From positions 12,152,001 to 12,216,000 of the forward strand of contig OZ024750.1 in NCBI GenBank assembly GCA_964016885.1: a DNA stretch of 64,000 nucleotides, written 5' to 3'. How positions within the stretch are numbered: position 1 is the first letter of the stretch; each line of letters opens with the position of its first letter. This DNA comes from Eledone cirrhosa (taxonomy: Eukaryota). The translations under genes were made by a program, and so were the position numbers. The notes beneath the pieces are model-generated. The model ran no database searches, was not told the origin of the DNA, and was given only the letters and a program-made list of their open reading frames with translations. Of this stretch, positions 26,786-44,296 are shown in pieces.

Positions 26786-26789
<4 letters not shown>

Positions 26790-26973
26790 AAAGAAATTGT
26801 GGTAAGAAACCAGGTGGACCATAACGCACCAAAGTACTCGATACTTAGGGTAGTAGAGTGGGTAATAGGAAAAGAGTCAGGACCCCGACGGCTGAGCTCC
26901 GGCCGTTTCGACAGCTAGATCTGAGTTCTGATCTACCTGCCGGAGCTCAGCCGTCGGGGTCCTAACTCTTTTC
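26786..26973. mobile_element. Family A element, copy 3
   Basis: Same head and fold-back; TA flanks. Confidence 0.8.
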
Positions 26974-27420
26974 ATATATATATATATATATAGCGTCGGT
27001 CAAAACATCTTGCAGTTTGTTCTGGTTCTTTGCAGTTTGATATCAAATCCTACAGAGTTGAAATTTGATTTTCATTCTTTTCGACGATCAAATAGCGTGT
27101 CAGTGAAAAACTGGATTCGATTTAATTGGTTTAACACTCCCTACAAATTGCTGGTCTCTTGCTTTGTTAGAAATAAACATTTAGATGCACGCAATATGTA
27201 GGTCACCTGTCAATAATCCTGTTTGTACCTGAGTCAAATAATGAATGGATTTATCTATTATTGAAGCGGTAAACGTTGTATAAGAATTATTGAACACTTA
27301 GGTAGAGTGTGGGTTAATCGATCTTTGGTTAGATTTAATATAAAGGTACATATTATCACTTGGAGTATTACTGATTATCAGATTTGTCATGCTTTAATGT
27401 TTCATCGTATTTGATATGCA

Positions 27421-28296
27421 ATAGCGACAGCAACAACAGCAACAAAACAATTACATCAATAAAAACAGCAACAACAACAACAACAGCAACAATAACACCA
27501 GCAACAACAGTAATAACAACAACAGTAACAACACCAACAACAACAGAAATAACACCAGCAACAACAACAATAACACCAGCAACAACAGCAATAACAACAA
27601 CAGTAATAACAACAACAGTAACAACACCAACAACAACAGAAATAACAACAGCAACACCAGCAACAACAACAACAGAAATAACAACAGCAACACCAGCAAC
27701 AACAACAACAGAAATAACAACAGCAACACCAGCAACAACAACAACAGAAATAACAACAGCAACACCAGCAACAACAACAACAGTAATAACAACAACAATA
27801 AAACCAGCAACAACAGCAATAACAACAACAGTAACAACACCAACAACAACAGAAATAACAACAGCAACACCAGCAATAACAACAACAACAATAACAACAG
27901 CAATAACACCAATAACACCAATAACAACAGCAACAACACCAATAACAACAGCATCAACAGCAATAACAACAGCAACAACACCAGCAATAACAACAACAGC
28001 AACAACACCAGCAATAACATTAATAACAACAACAACATCATCATCAACAATAACCACAGCAACAGCAACAACCACAGCAACAACAACAGTAACTATAACA
28101 GCAACAATAACAACATCATCATCATCAACAATAACAACAACAGCAACAACAACAACAGCAATAACAACAGCAACAGTAACTATAACAGCAACAATAACAA
28201 CATCATCATCATCAACAATAACAACAACAGCAATATCAGCAACAGCAATAACAACAACAGCAATAACAACAACAACAACAGCAGCAGCAATAACAA
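27421..28296. repeat. Compound trinucleotide tract (AAC/AAT/AGC) abutting a SINE tail
   Basis: Directly visible; runs straight into the SINE 3' end at 28297. Confidence 0.9.
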
Positions 28297-28830
28297 TGGT
28301 TTCTTAAATAGGCACAAGGCCAGCAACTATGGAGGAGGAGAAAGTCGATTAAATCGATCCCAGTGCGTGACTGGTACTTTATAACAACAACAATAACTAT
28401 AACAATAACAACAGAAGCCATTCACATATATACATAGACACTTCAATAAACACCAAAACTCATTTTCGCGACACAAGAGAGGTTAAATCTCGTTAAATTC
28501 TTTGTTATTTTAATAATTGTTTCTACTTTTGGCACAAGGCCAGCAATTATCCCAGTGAATTACTGGTACTTTATTTTATCGACTCCCATAGGGATGAAGG
28601 GCAAAGTTAACCTCAGCTGAATTTGACCTCAGAAAGTAAAGGGCCATAACTCTATGCTACAATGCATGGTGTCTGATGCTCTACCAATACTGCCAAACCA
28701 CCGCCCTGTAATAAAATAATAATTGTTTCTACTTTTGGCACAAGGCCAGCAATTATCCCAGTGAATTACTGGTACTTTATTTTATCGACTCCCATAGGGA
28801 TGAAGGGCAAAGTTAACCTCGGCATGATTT
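28297..28830 (-). mobile_element. SINE cluster (one fragment plus a tandem pair)
   Basis: Family core sequence; the two copies of the pair share private variants (GTGAATTAC, GACTCCCATAGGG). Confidence 0.85.
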
Positions 28831-29580
28831 GAAAATCATAGATAGTTGTATGAAGCAGTGGCGGACTGGCCAGGTTGCCAGGCTGCCCAATGGCAAGTGA
28901 CCCCCAGGCAGGTACGCAGTAGCATTACAGGAGCCCACAGTAGCATGGCAGGGCCCACTGTAGTATTTTAACTGGGTGATGTCTAAAAACATCTGACTGA
29001 TAAAATGACAAGTCAGTCAATCATATTGGGGGCCTCCCCACAGCCCCGGCGGACAGAATGGAGAAGGCGTTTCCCCGGAGGACGGCAAGGGCGACGCGCT
29101 GGAAAAGCCATTCCTAAGGTTTATGTCACTAAATTGACCGAAGTGTCTCTGAGACCCAACAGCTAGTTTCTATGAAACACTTTCCTACCCACACACTCAC
29201 ATACACACACTCACACTCACACTCACACTCACACTCACACTCACACACTCACACTCACACCACACACATTGATTCTCTGGCTCTTGGCAACAAAAAGCAA
29301 TATGTTTATTCGAGAATGATCTGTGGAGTATAACTATTCTCTCCTACCCCTTTCTTCTTTCCACCCCCCACCCCTCTCCCTCCTTCTGTCTCTCCCCCTC
29401 TCTCCCCCTCCCCTCTCCCCTATCCCTCTTTCACGTGTCTTACGTGAACGTTACTATAGTAGCTCCACAGCTTGGGTTAGTATTTTGATTTCTCATCTCC
29501 GACATGTAACGACATGAAGTCTTCACAGATCAATGAAAACATATATCGAAAAAGAAAAGTGAAGTATATAATAGCTACTA

Positions 29581-29885
29581 ATCATCATCATCATCATCGT
29601 CATCATCATCATCATCATCATCGGTTTCTATGTCCACTTTTCTATCCTAGCATGAGTTGGACAGGTCCTGCTCAGCATGACATCTCTCCACTTGTCACCT
29701 TCCTTCGCCATCTCTTCTGCCAAGTCTTAGCGATTTGAGGTCAGCTCTCACAACCTCTGCCCATGTCTTTCTTGGTCGTCCTTTACTGCGGCTTCTTTCC
29801 ACTGGGATTTCCTGGCATTTCTTCACCCATCGGTCATTGTCCATGCGCATCACATGTCCATACCAGCGCAGTCTTCTCTCCAGTA
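29581..29885 (-). mobile_element. RTE-clade LINE 3' end with (ATG)n tail
   Basis: Minus strand translates ERRLRWYGHVMRMDNDRWVKKC...GRPRKTWAEVVRADL; the (CAT)n tract at 29581-29621 is the tail. Confidence 0.8.
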
Positions 29886-30291
29886 CTAATGATGGTTCAC
29901 TGGATATGTCTATTAATTGTTTATTTATTTCTTAATCTGAGGACATTATAGATGGAAATACACTAATGTAGCAAATCATTAAATTTCAGCTGTTGCAAGA
30001 AAAGCTCCCTTACTCATATGAACATTCACATGTCTTAGACAAAATCTTCGGGTTAAAAGCTGAAAACGAAGACCTGATTAGCTGCAGAGGATCAATGTCT
30101 AACTACAAAAATAAAATAATGATATTAATTATAAGTTCAGATTTTAAAATCATTTATAATAAAACCGCGTCACTTCTGGCTGTTCACTCTGTACCAAGTC
30201 CACGTATATTCCCAGACATGATTAACTCGGCAGTTATTTACTCTGGTAATATGCTTCGATGTGTAAACGGACTAGAAATGATATAAGTATC

Positions 30292-30727
30292 TGGATTAGC
30301 AGTAATCGGTAGAGCGTCGTATAACATGCTCAGTGGCATATATTTACCAACCTTTACGTTCTGGGTTCTAATCCCACCGAGGTTAACTTTACTTTTCATC
30401 CTTACAGGCTTGATAAAATAAAGTACCAGTAACGCACTGGGGTTGATTTAATTGTCTTTCCCTTCCCCGAAAATTATTGGCCTTGTGCCTAAATCAGAAA
30501 CCATTATTATTCTCGTCAAAAGGGCGGAGGATTGACAGTATCGGTAGAGGGTCGGACGCCATGCTTCGCTGCATAGAGTTACACCGCTTTACGGTCTGAG
30601 TTCAAATCCCGCCCAGGTTAACTTTGCCTTTCATCCTTACGGGGTTGATAAAATAAAGTACCAGTAATGCACTGGGATAATTGCTGACCTTGTGCCTATA
30701 TAAGAAACCATTATTATTCTCGTCAAT
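30292..30727 (+). mobile_element. Tandem SINE dimer (long plus short subfamily)
   Basis: Both copies end in AGAAACCATTATTATTCTCGTCAA. Confidence 0.85.
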
Positions 30728-31842
30728 ATCATCATCATCACCATAATTTCAATAAACCTTGGTAAGCTATATAGCTGAAGATAATAGTACATATGAAAGA
30801 TATTAGAACAACGATGGACGTGATTTAACAATAAAGCATAAATGTAATTAGAGTGATTAACAGACAGATTCAGACAGTTTTAATCAACTGATTTCAAGAA
30901 GCAGGTATAATCTTGTTTATTACGTCTCCATTGTGATAATATATTTAGATTTTTTTTGTCTTTTACACTCCAATAATTGCAGCTCCTGTAGGAACCAGTT
31001 TGCAAAAAAAAAAAAAACTAACGAAAAGCAAATATGCAATATTCGTTGCTTAGCAATTTATATAATTTGCATATTAAATTTGCCTGAAATATCGATAGGA
31101 ACATATCAATATCATCTGTGAACCTGGTAATCAGTTCTATTGTCAACTGTGATTCTATGAATGACACTCTAACATTCTTTCTTTCTTTCTTTTTCTTTGT
31201 TTGTTTGCTACTTTCTTTTTCTTTGCTTGTTACTTTCTTTCTTTTTCTTTGTTTCTTCTCTTTCTTTCTTTTTCTTTGTTTGTTTCTTTCTTTTTCTTTA
31301 TTTTTCCTCTTTCTTTCTTTGTCTTTTTTTCTTTGTTCTTTCTCTTTCTTTTTCTTTTTCTCTTTCTTTCTTTTTCTTTGTTTTTTTTCTCTTTCGTCTT
31401 TCTTCTTTCTTTCGTTCTTCCTTTTTCTTTTTCTTTTCTTTTTCTTCTTTTTTTTCTTTTTTCCATCTCTCCTTTTATTTATTTTCTTCTCTTTCTTTTT
31501 TTCTTACATCCCCCACCCTCCCCCTCCTCTCACTCATTTTCTCTACAACTGATTCTCGTTTCTTCATCTTTCTTTAGAAGCTGTTAAAGTAATGAATACC
31601 ATATTCAGCAAACTTTCTCCTCCTTATTATCTTTCATCATCCGCTACCAATTATCTTTTTTTCATTCGCTCTTTTCTTTTCTTTCCAACTTAGTAATATT
31701 TTGTTTCTTATTTCTTTCGTCGGATCTCGCCAAAGTGAATAATCTAGAAAATTTAAACAACAACAACAACGGGTGGTAAAGGAGTAATTAACACTTTAAT
31801 CCATCCCAACCCCTTACATCAGAAAGGAAAATATAACCACGC

Positions 31843-31973
<131 letters not shown>

Positions 31974-31996
31974 CACACATACATATATATATATAT

Positions 31997-32127
<131 letters not shown>

Positions 32128-32144
32128 CACATACATACATATAT

Positions 32145-32187
<43 letters not shown>

Positions 32188-32198
32188 CATACATATAT

Positions 32199-32250
<52 letters not shown>

Positions 32251-34356
32251 GTATCTACGTAAACACATTTTCCTTTTCTCATACAGACTTCTCTTTTGGC
32301 TTTATTCTTTCTCTTATCCTCAACCGGAACTTTTCTCTATCCTATTTGTTTTGCTCTCATTCTCATCCCAGTTTAATGACCAAAATATATATTCGTTTCC
32401 GAACCACTGATAAAATATATCATTAGTTCGTTCTTTTTTTTACGTCGTACACTAATTTGATGATCACATTAAACGTTGAACAGCTATGATTAAAAGAGGG
32501 GATATAAATACCATAAAAAAACCGTTTTTACTCTTTCATTGTCGCCGATAAGTAAATATTTTGGAAGGGAAATATATAAAAGAGGAATATATTAAGAGTC
32601 GTTCATCACAAAACACACCAAAATTAATTTTTGTACAAAAGAAATTTCCGATGCCTGAAAGATCTACTTATTGCAACAACAATTCAACAAAAACAAACAC
32701 AAAAGCAACAAGAACAAACGCAGCAACAACAGTAATAATAACAACAACAACATCATCAGCGATTTGTTCAATAAATGAATGTGATGGCTGGATCATACGT
32801 TGGATTGATTGTAGCGCTAGGCCGTCTTAAACATAGTGAACATACATTACTGGACTTTCACAAACATGGAACACCTGACGATGTCACACCAGTGCTGGTT
32901 ATTCTTGTAATGATCGCATAACAGCTCCCCACTGAAAAGGGCAGTGGATTGGCAGTATCGGTAGAGCATCGGACACCATGTTTTGCGGCCGCGGCATAGT
33001 ATTATATAATTAGTTCTCTGTTGAAATCCTGCCAAAGTTAACTTTGCCTTTCATCCTTATAAGGTCTATAAAATAACGTACCAGTAACGCACTGAGATCA
33101 ATTTAATCGACTTTCTCTTCCCCCCAAAATTGTTGGCCTTGTGCTTAAATGAGAAACCATTATATCATTAAGATGGTGGATTGGCAGTAACGGTAGAGCA
33201 TCGGTCAACATGATTTGCGGCATAGAGTTATTAGCTAGTTCATGACACAATTTCATGTATTTTCTTATGTTTATTACGTACATTATTTTAATGAATAACT
33301 CATAGTACATCTTTGATTCAAATTGAGTTCATACAGTTCATTAATACCTCATTAGCCTAAATCAGAGATTTTTTTGTCTTCTACGAATTACGGAGCTTCG
33401 AAACTGTAATAATAGAATTGGTTGTCGGAATAAATTCTGGTTTCGTCACTAATTTTGCTGAATTCAAATAATTGAATGAAGACTGATTAAAGCAGTAGAA
33501 TTGTTTACACGACAAATGTTGTTATGGTGAAAAATATAATTGATGAATTCTAACCGGAAGAGACACAGAACTATAGAGGAAATTAGTTCTCCACATCTTG
33601 AAGAATATTCAGAGAATATATTGGGTTAATATCGAAGATGTTACATATAAGGAACATGTATATGCTAACATACATATATACATATACATACATATACTAG
33701 ATTTATACAAATATGTATGCATACATGCATATACTAGATTTATACGTACATGCATACTTACATATACACATACATGCAGGCATATACAAACATACATACA
33801 TATACATATATTCATATACATACATACACACATACATACATGCATACACTAGATTTATACATACGTACATGATGAGTGCATTTCGATTTCAAGAATTGCC
33901 ATCATTTGCCATCACTTGCCATCACTTTTCTCTTACATGGGTGGCAGTAACATTACTTTTAGGTCTACCAACTACTTACATTCTTTTCTGCATATGTTGC
34001 AACAAAAAAAAAAAAAAGCCTTTTTCAGCTAGGACCAGCCAGGCTCATAGAACAAATATATTTAGATAAAGTGATGTATATGCGTGAAGGTTTTTTAAGT
34101 GAAGAAAGGCCTTGTACTGGAGCACTACCACTCTCAGAACAACATAGTATCCAAAAAGAAGAACAGGTCAACAACATAGGCTGACATCGAGTCTCAGGTT
34201 TTACATAAGAGTTTTCTTTTTTCTTGAATGATGACCTAACAAGAACTAGGGGTCACTCACTTCGGTGAGCGAACCGTGAACTCGGGCAATAAACCGAATA
34301 TTTCCATGTCCCCATGCTAGCATTTATAATAGATTTATACAGGGATTACGTAATAA

Positions 34357-34580
34357 TGGTTTCTTATATAGGCACAAGGCCAGCAATTTTTTTTTGGGGG
34401 GGAGGGGAAAATCGATTAAATCGACCTCAGTGCGTGACTGGTACTTTATTTTATCGACCCCGTAAGGATGAAAGGTAAAGTTAACCTTGGCGGGATTTGA
34501 ACTCAGATCATAAAGGGCCGTAACTCTATGCTGCAAAGCATGGCGTCTGACCATCTACCGATACTGCCAATCCACCACCC
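34357..34580 (-). mobile_element. SINE, long subfamily, with target-site duplication
   Basis: GGGATTACGTAATAATG on both sides. Confidence 0.9.
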
Positions 34581-35263
34581 TGGGATTACGTAATAATGAA
34601 AGCTACAGCTTAATAATGTCTGCCTTTTCTCCAAAGCCTGGGATACCTTTAATAGGCGCTGACTGGGGTTATAAGATCTCAGCCAAAACAACTATAACAC
34701 ATACACATGCATATATATATATAGAGAGAGAGAGACTCACACACACAATCACGCACAAGCACGGGTGTGTCCCAACCCCTTTCTCCTGCCACACAAGGAA
34801 ATAAAAAGTAACAACCGGACAAGGATTAACACACACACACACACACACAAAAAAAAACACACACACATATATATAAATAAATATACACGGGTGTATACGA
34901 TTGTGTATAGAAGATTATATTAATAAAAGGAATTCCAACTTTGAATGATTTACTCGTTTTATTTATAATCCTTTAACATTATAATGGTATTATAATGAAA
35001 TAGTATGGTAGAATATTAAATGCTAAATGTTAATTGAACAAGTACTTTCATGCTTTCGCAATCTGCAGGCTCATATTCAGTGGTGACAGTCAAGTTTGCA
35101 ATTTTCATATATTGGGGCCAATGAGATTGAAGCTGTTGTTTAGTTTAAATTGTTGTAAGTGAAGTCCTTGTCATTTTAAGATTTAATAATATAAGTATTC
35201 TAGCATAAATATTTATTGTATTAATAAAATGTTATAGTTTGTTTCAAGCATTGTATGTAATAT

Positions 35264-35602
35264 ATAACGTTGAAAGAGATAGAAGGCTAAACAATGCAAA
35301 ATGGACTGTAAGATGAGGTACCAAAAAGTAAAAGTAAGCTACCAACGCTTGAAAACGACTTTAAATTAAATTTTTAATCAAAATAAAAACTTTATCCCAA
35401 AGAGAGGAAATTGGAACACTATCCACTGAAAGTTCCTTAAACCCTGATGAAGGGATTTTTAGGTCTCGAAATATTGGACAGATAAAAGAAGAAGAAGAAC
35501 AACAACAAATACAAAACAAGGATTTCCAGGTAACTTACTTTTCGTTACCTCATCTTACAACCCATTTTGCATTGTTTAGCCTTCTATCTCTTTCAACGTT
35601 AT
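35264..35602 (+). mobile_element. Inverted-repeat element enclosing a degenerate hammerhead core (Penelope-like terminal repeat remnant)
   Basis: ~75-bp inverted arms (35264-35343 and 35529-35602); internal CC-CTGATGA-AGGGAT..GTCTC-GAAATATT-GG at 35442-35477. Confidence 0.6.
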
Positions 35603-36694
35603 TTATTGCATTACATTCACAGAAACCTTCTTCAAAACTCGAACCCGTAACCATAAATTATTAAATCAACACTTTATCGCTCAGATCACTCCTTAAAAAT
35701 GTAAATAGTTTGAGGACGCCAAGATAACTATACAATTAAATATCTTTACTTCCTATCACGTTAATAAACAAATATAGTTTATCAGTTATCAGGAATAAAA
35801 CGAGAACCCCGCCCCATATAAAAAAGCAACAAGAACAACAACCGCAAAAATAACAACAAAAAAACAAAACCCCGTAATTCTGTTGAGTTTGAAACGTTAC
35901 TTTATATTCTACAATAAATAATGGAGTCTTTAAGAGAAAGAGGTGGGGAAGGAAAATACGAAAAACTCGAGCAGATTTTAACCGGATGTTCTTTTATCGT
36001 TCCACGGATTGGTCTTTGACACACGTCATAAAGTTAAGACACACTAATAATTACGTCATAAAGGAAATCAAATCAAAAATCAAAACAATCAATAAATAAT
36101 CTACTGACTCAAAATACGATGAATATATTTACTGCTAATAATGAGAAGAGCTTTTGATGTGGGCATGATGGCGACAACCGATATATAAACATGTACCAAA
36201 ATGTGTGTTTATATATTGGTTGTGTATGTGTATTTGTTTGAGTGTGCCTGAGTGTATATATGTATGTGATTGCGTGTATGTGTTTGTGTGTGTTTGTGTG
36301 TGTATGTGTTTGTGTTTGTGTGGTTGTGCATGTGTGTTTGTGTGTGTATGTGTTTGTGTGGTTGTATGTTTGTATGGTTGTGTGTTTGTGTGTGCATGTG
36401 TGTTTGTGTATTTATGTGTGTATGTGATTGTGTGTTTGTATGTTTGTATGTGTGTGTGTGTGTGTATGTATGTATGTGCCTGTATGTGTTTGTGTGTGTT
36501 TCTATGTTTGTGTGATTGTATGTGTATGTGTGTGTGTTTGTGTGCATGTGTGTGTATGTGTGTGAATGTGTGTTTGTGTGTTTGTGTGTGCATGTGTTTG
36601 TGTGCATGTGTGTGTATGTGTGTATGTTTGCGTGTATGTGTGTATGTTTATGTGTATGCGTGAATGTGTGTATATGTTTGTGTGTATGTGTGAA

Positions 36695-36728
<34 letters not shown>

Positions 36729-38397
36729 TGTTTGTGTGTATGTGAGAATGTGTGTTTGTTGGCAGCTACAGAATATTTCTGATTTATGGAATTTTATTTT
36801 AGTTGAAATGATATAAAAATATATTTTCATGTAAAATGGCGGTGGATTTGCAGTAGAATCGGTAGAGCACCGGACAACCTGTTCGGCGGCATATAGTTAC
36901 TTAAACCTTAGTAATTAGATTATCTAAACTGTTTAATAAACCTATAATTATTAACCGGATGAGTTCAAATCCCGCCGAGGTCAACTTTGCCTTTCATCCT
37001 TACGGGGTAGATAAAATAAAGTACCAGTAATGTACTGGGATAATTGCTGGCCTTGTGCCTAAAGTAGAAACAATTATTAACCGGGTTCTCTGCTTCCAGC
37101 CTTGTCGCTTCAGTCCCCCAAACCGGGCACTGTAACCCGTATCACAGAAAAGCGGAAGTTATTGGGACTTGACCGACCGTTACCTGTTCGAACCGGTCAC
37201 CGTCGGGACTTCACGTGCCCTCGGTCACCAAACTACCGTTCTTCTACTTAACATTAGTAGGAGTCCTTCCCACCTTATGAAGGAGTCCACTGGAGTGGAG
37301 TGGCTGATGAAGTGGATGTCGTTGGTTGTTCTCCGCAGAAATACTTTCACTATCTTGTTCACCGAACACAGCTGAGATATACCACATAAACAGAGGTGTA
37401 AAATCTATCTATCCCTGCCGTCGTCTCTTTTTTTTTTTTTTTTTTTGCATTAATTTTTCTTTCTTTCTCTTTATCATGCGAAATATTTATCTCAATAAAA
37501 TGTGTTTTTATCTTTAACTCGGCCATAACCGGCCAGAATTCTCACACTTCTCTCTGTTCAAACCGGCTGTAACTGACCACACATACAATGTTAAGGTATT
37601 GTTCTCAAAATAATAACATCAAAATCTCATACATTCAATATTATGTGAGATAATTATGTAAGGAGAAACTTTTACCACAAAAATACAATAGTATATATAG
37701 AGTAATGTAAATGCTAAAGGGTTAAAAAAAAGTATATTAAAAATATGCTTCGTCTCAACAAAAATGTTGAAATTCATCCAAACAAGTTATTGAACTTAAT
37801 GCGTCTTGAAACGTATTATTACAAGTTAGAACAATACGCTAAGTATTGTGGACAATGATAACATAAAAGGCATACATTAAAAAGAGATTGTTTTTATGTG
37901 TAAAGTGTATACAACGCTACTTAATTTCCTAAGTTTAAAAAATACATACTTATATTGTTTTAGATAAAATTCCAGACATACTTAAAAAAGAAAAATAATA
38001 CTAAAACAGCAACAATAAAAATAGGCAATAATAAAATTGTTGAGCTGAATTACATAATTTTGATAACGACCTAATGTATTATTATGATCTTTAAATGGCC
38101 CTCCTCTATTCCCATAGCTGAGATAGCAGACCATCGAACAAATGTCTATGTTTAATTTTGTTTTCCGTTGCTAAATTCAAATACCGTCAATTTGACGTCA
38201 AGAGTGATAACGAAATAACATCCGGGTAAAACAATTTTGTTTTAAATGATTTATTATAACATTTTACGGGTAAGAAATTTATAGTTTTACTGTGTTGAAA
38301 TACCAAAGTTGTTAGAATGTCGGTATTGGTCCTGAGTTTCTAGTTCAAATCTTACTGGAGTTAACTTTACTTTTCATTCATATACCGACATCAATTA

Positions 38398-38575
38398 CCG
38401 TATTCCCCGGCGTTGAAGACGCTATTTTTTCCCTAAAATAAGTCTTTAAAAAATCTACCATGCGTCCTAGAGGCTGAAGGTTGTTTTTTTTATTATTTTT
38501 TTTTTTCAAATTTTGTGTTGTCAAAATTAGGGTGCGTCCTCGAGGACGAAGCGTCTTTGGTACCGGGAAATACGG
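38398..38575. mobile_element. Tc1/mariner-superfamily (pogo/Tc2-like) MITE
   Basis: TIRs CCGTATTCCCCGG / CCGGGAAATACGG with TA on both sides; three copies in the window. Confidence 0.8.
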
Positions 38576-40640
38576 TAATTAATCTCTTTCTTTTATTTTC
38601 TCTCTTTCTCTCATGGTTTTAGAAGGGTCACGAGGGACTACCCACAGCGTCTCTACCCCACCCCTGCACCACCCTCCAAGAAAAGGAGGGATAGGCTAGT
38701 AAGCTCTTATAGACAATTAATCTCTCTGTTTTTTTTTCTCTCACGGTTTTAAAAGGGTCGTGAGGGACCACCCACTGTGTCCCCACCTCTCAAAGGAAGG
38801 ACAGGCTAGTAGGCTCTTATAAAAAACACTGATGTTACTGAAGTCGTTATAGAACGACTCGATGTGTCGTACAGCACAGAACGGAAATTAATAATTAAGA
38901 TATTTTATGGTTTAACCAACCAATTAAGATATCATATGTATGTATACAAAATGTAAACAGAAATAACAAAGCTATCGAAACAGTACAATGAAGAAATATA
39001 TTAGTTTAATACTTGACATAGTAGGAAAAGAGCGTTAGGAATCGAAATTAGGTCGTAGCTTTATAACAAGAGGCTAGTTCTTCCTAATTTGAGATGATGA
39101 CATAGTTTTGATTCTCGGTTGAAGTAAATTTGCTTTGCTTATACCCTTAATAACCTTGAGAAAGGCTTGTGAATTCATACGAGGGCAATAAAACATTATT
39201 GAAACCTTCTTTGGTGAATTTCGAGTCCTGGTTCACTTACGGCACCAATATTCTTTGAAAATACCCCAACGTCACTATATTTCATTTTTGTTCCATAAAA
39301 ATTAGAGGTTTGTGTTTAGTCAAGAGAAACTAATGCTAAAACAATATGAATATCTGCGAGGAGAATTAAAAAACAAATTATGGCAACTGTTCTTGATTTC
39401 AAAAGAAACTATTTCTAGCATATAATCAATTTCAATAGAACATATATTCTTTTAGAATTGTTATGTTTCTATTAATTGTTTGTTGGCTTAGGTTGTTATA
39501 TCTCAATGCTTGCTATATCTTAAAGAAAGCGAAATGTGAAAATAGAAGAAAACATTCATATGGAATTGTCAGAAGAATAAAACTTCAACCGTCTCATTGA
39601 GATTTTCTTTTTCTTTTTTTTCTTCTTCTCCTTTTTCTTGGGGAGGGGGTCGTGGGGGCAGAGTCCTCAAGTACGCCTTCCAGTGGGCCTTGTCAGAAGA
39701 AACCATTTCCAATTAGTAGTCATCCAAAGGTTGTGTCATAACTGAATTAAATTAACCTTCATATTGGAATTGAAACAAAGTTTCATTATGATTCGCTATA
39801 ATATTTTTCTACCCTACTCTCTGAATATTAATTAGTCCACAATATTCTTAAGGAAAAAAGCGTCTCATTATATAAATTACTAAGTCGTGTCTGCGTCTTT
39901 CCTGATTCTAAAATAAAGTGCACAATAAAAACGTCACGCGTTTGGAAATTTATTGTTAGATAAATATTACACAGTGAAACAAATCGAGAAACTTTAATCT
40001 CTTTTAGTTAATATATTGACACGAGTTTCCTGCAATAAAATGACTTTAACTTTAATTTACTGATGGCAGTCAAGATTATTTTGCATTTGGCTGATCAATA
40101 GTGCTTACTTTGTCTTTCGTGCTAATATTCGAATTAATATTACTTTTTATAAACTTTTTTTTCTGAAATATTCTGAAATATCTAAATGCTTGCTTTAAAC
40201 AACATTTACTTTGATTCGTTTCTTATTTCCCATCCACAATTGTTGGTCTGGTGTCTAAATCAGAAACCCATATAATAAGCTTGGGAAGTAAAAATTCATT
40301 TTTCGTTTTCTTGTGTTGTTTTCTTCAGGAAACACGAACACGATTTTAGCCTGAAACACAATTTTATATAATTTAAATAGGTGAAATATAAAACTCGCTT
40401 TTCTGGTCATTAAATCAAGTAACAGATTTCATTTTGCTAATTGAACGCGGTTTACATAACACAGATAAGATTTGGTAAAACAATTTTAAGGAAACTTGAT
40501 TTTTATTTATGATATTTATAAAAGTAATTAAAACAATCTTGTTTTCACTCAAGTTTTCTGCGTGTTTATATGTGTAAGGATATTATCGGTATTTGTTTGT
40601 GTGTTTATGTAGGTGTATATCCGCACACACACATATATAT

Positions 40641-40690
<50 letters not shown>

Positions 40691-40913
40691 AATGATATTA
40701 AATAACTGGAAACTATATTTATAAAAGCATATTTATTCTATTATATATATTTCAAGGGTATCAAAATTTTGATACGCTATCATCAGATAAAATACGAAAT
40801 GTGTTTTATAAATATTGACATAAGCAAGGAAAATATACCTTAACGGTTCAAGTTATCCCTGGATAGTTATTTATATTTGTTGAATTACCAACAAATTGAA
40901 TATCCCTTCTGCT

Positions 40914-43868
<2,955 letters not shown>

Positions 43869-44296
43869 ATAATATAAACAAGAAAGACGATTTATTTTCT
43901 AATACGTATTTCGAAGACGTATGGCAGTTGTATAATATCTGCCCTACGTGTTCTATTCAGACAAAAATCCACTCGTGATGTTATATAACTGCCATACATC
44001 TTTGAAATACAAATGAAACCGTCTTTCTTGTTTATAAAATAAAACTCCGGATGAACAAAATCCGTGGAGTGCTTAAGAAAATGTCGGCAGATTTTCAATC
44101 AACCAACTTCCTTTAATTGTTGAATTGTATGTATGTATGTATGTATGTATGTATGTATGTATGTATGTATGTATGTATGTATGTATGTATGTATGTATGT
44201 ATGTATGTATGTATGTATGTATGTATGTATGTATGTATGTATGTACGTACGTCCGTACGTATGTATGTATGTATGTATGTATGTATGTATGTATAT

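Noticed and set aside
27384-28307. Thr-rich mucin-like ORF
   Set aside because: Trinucleotide expansion continuous with a SINE tail; also open on the opposite strand; no signal peptide or clear splice context.
38578-38821. Two diverged ~110-130-bp direct repeats
   Set aside because: Ordinary local tandem duplication with no further structure.
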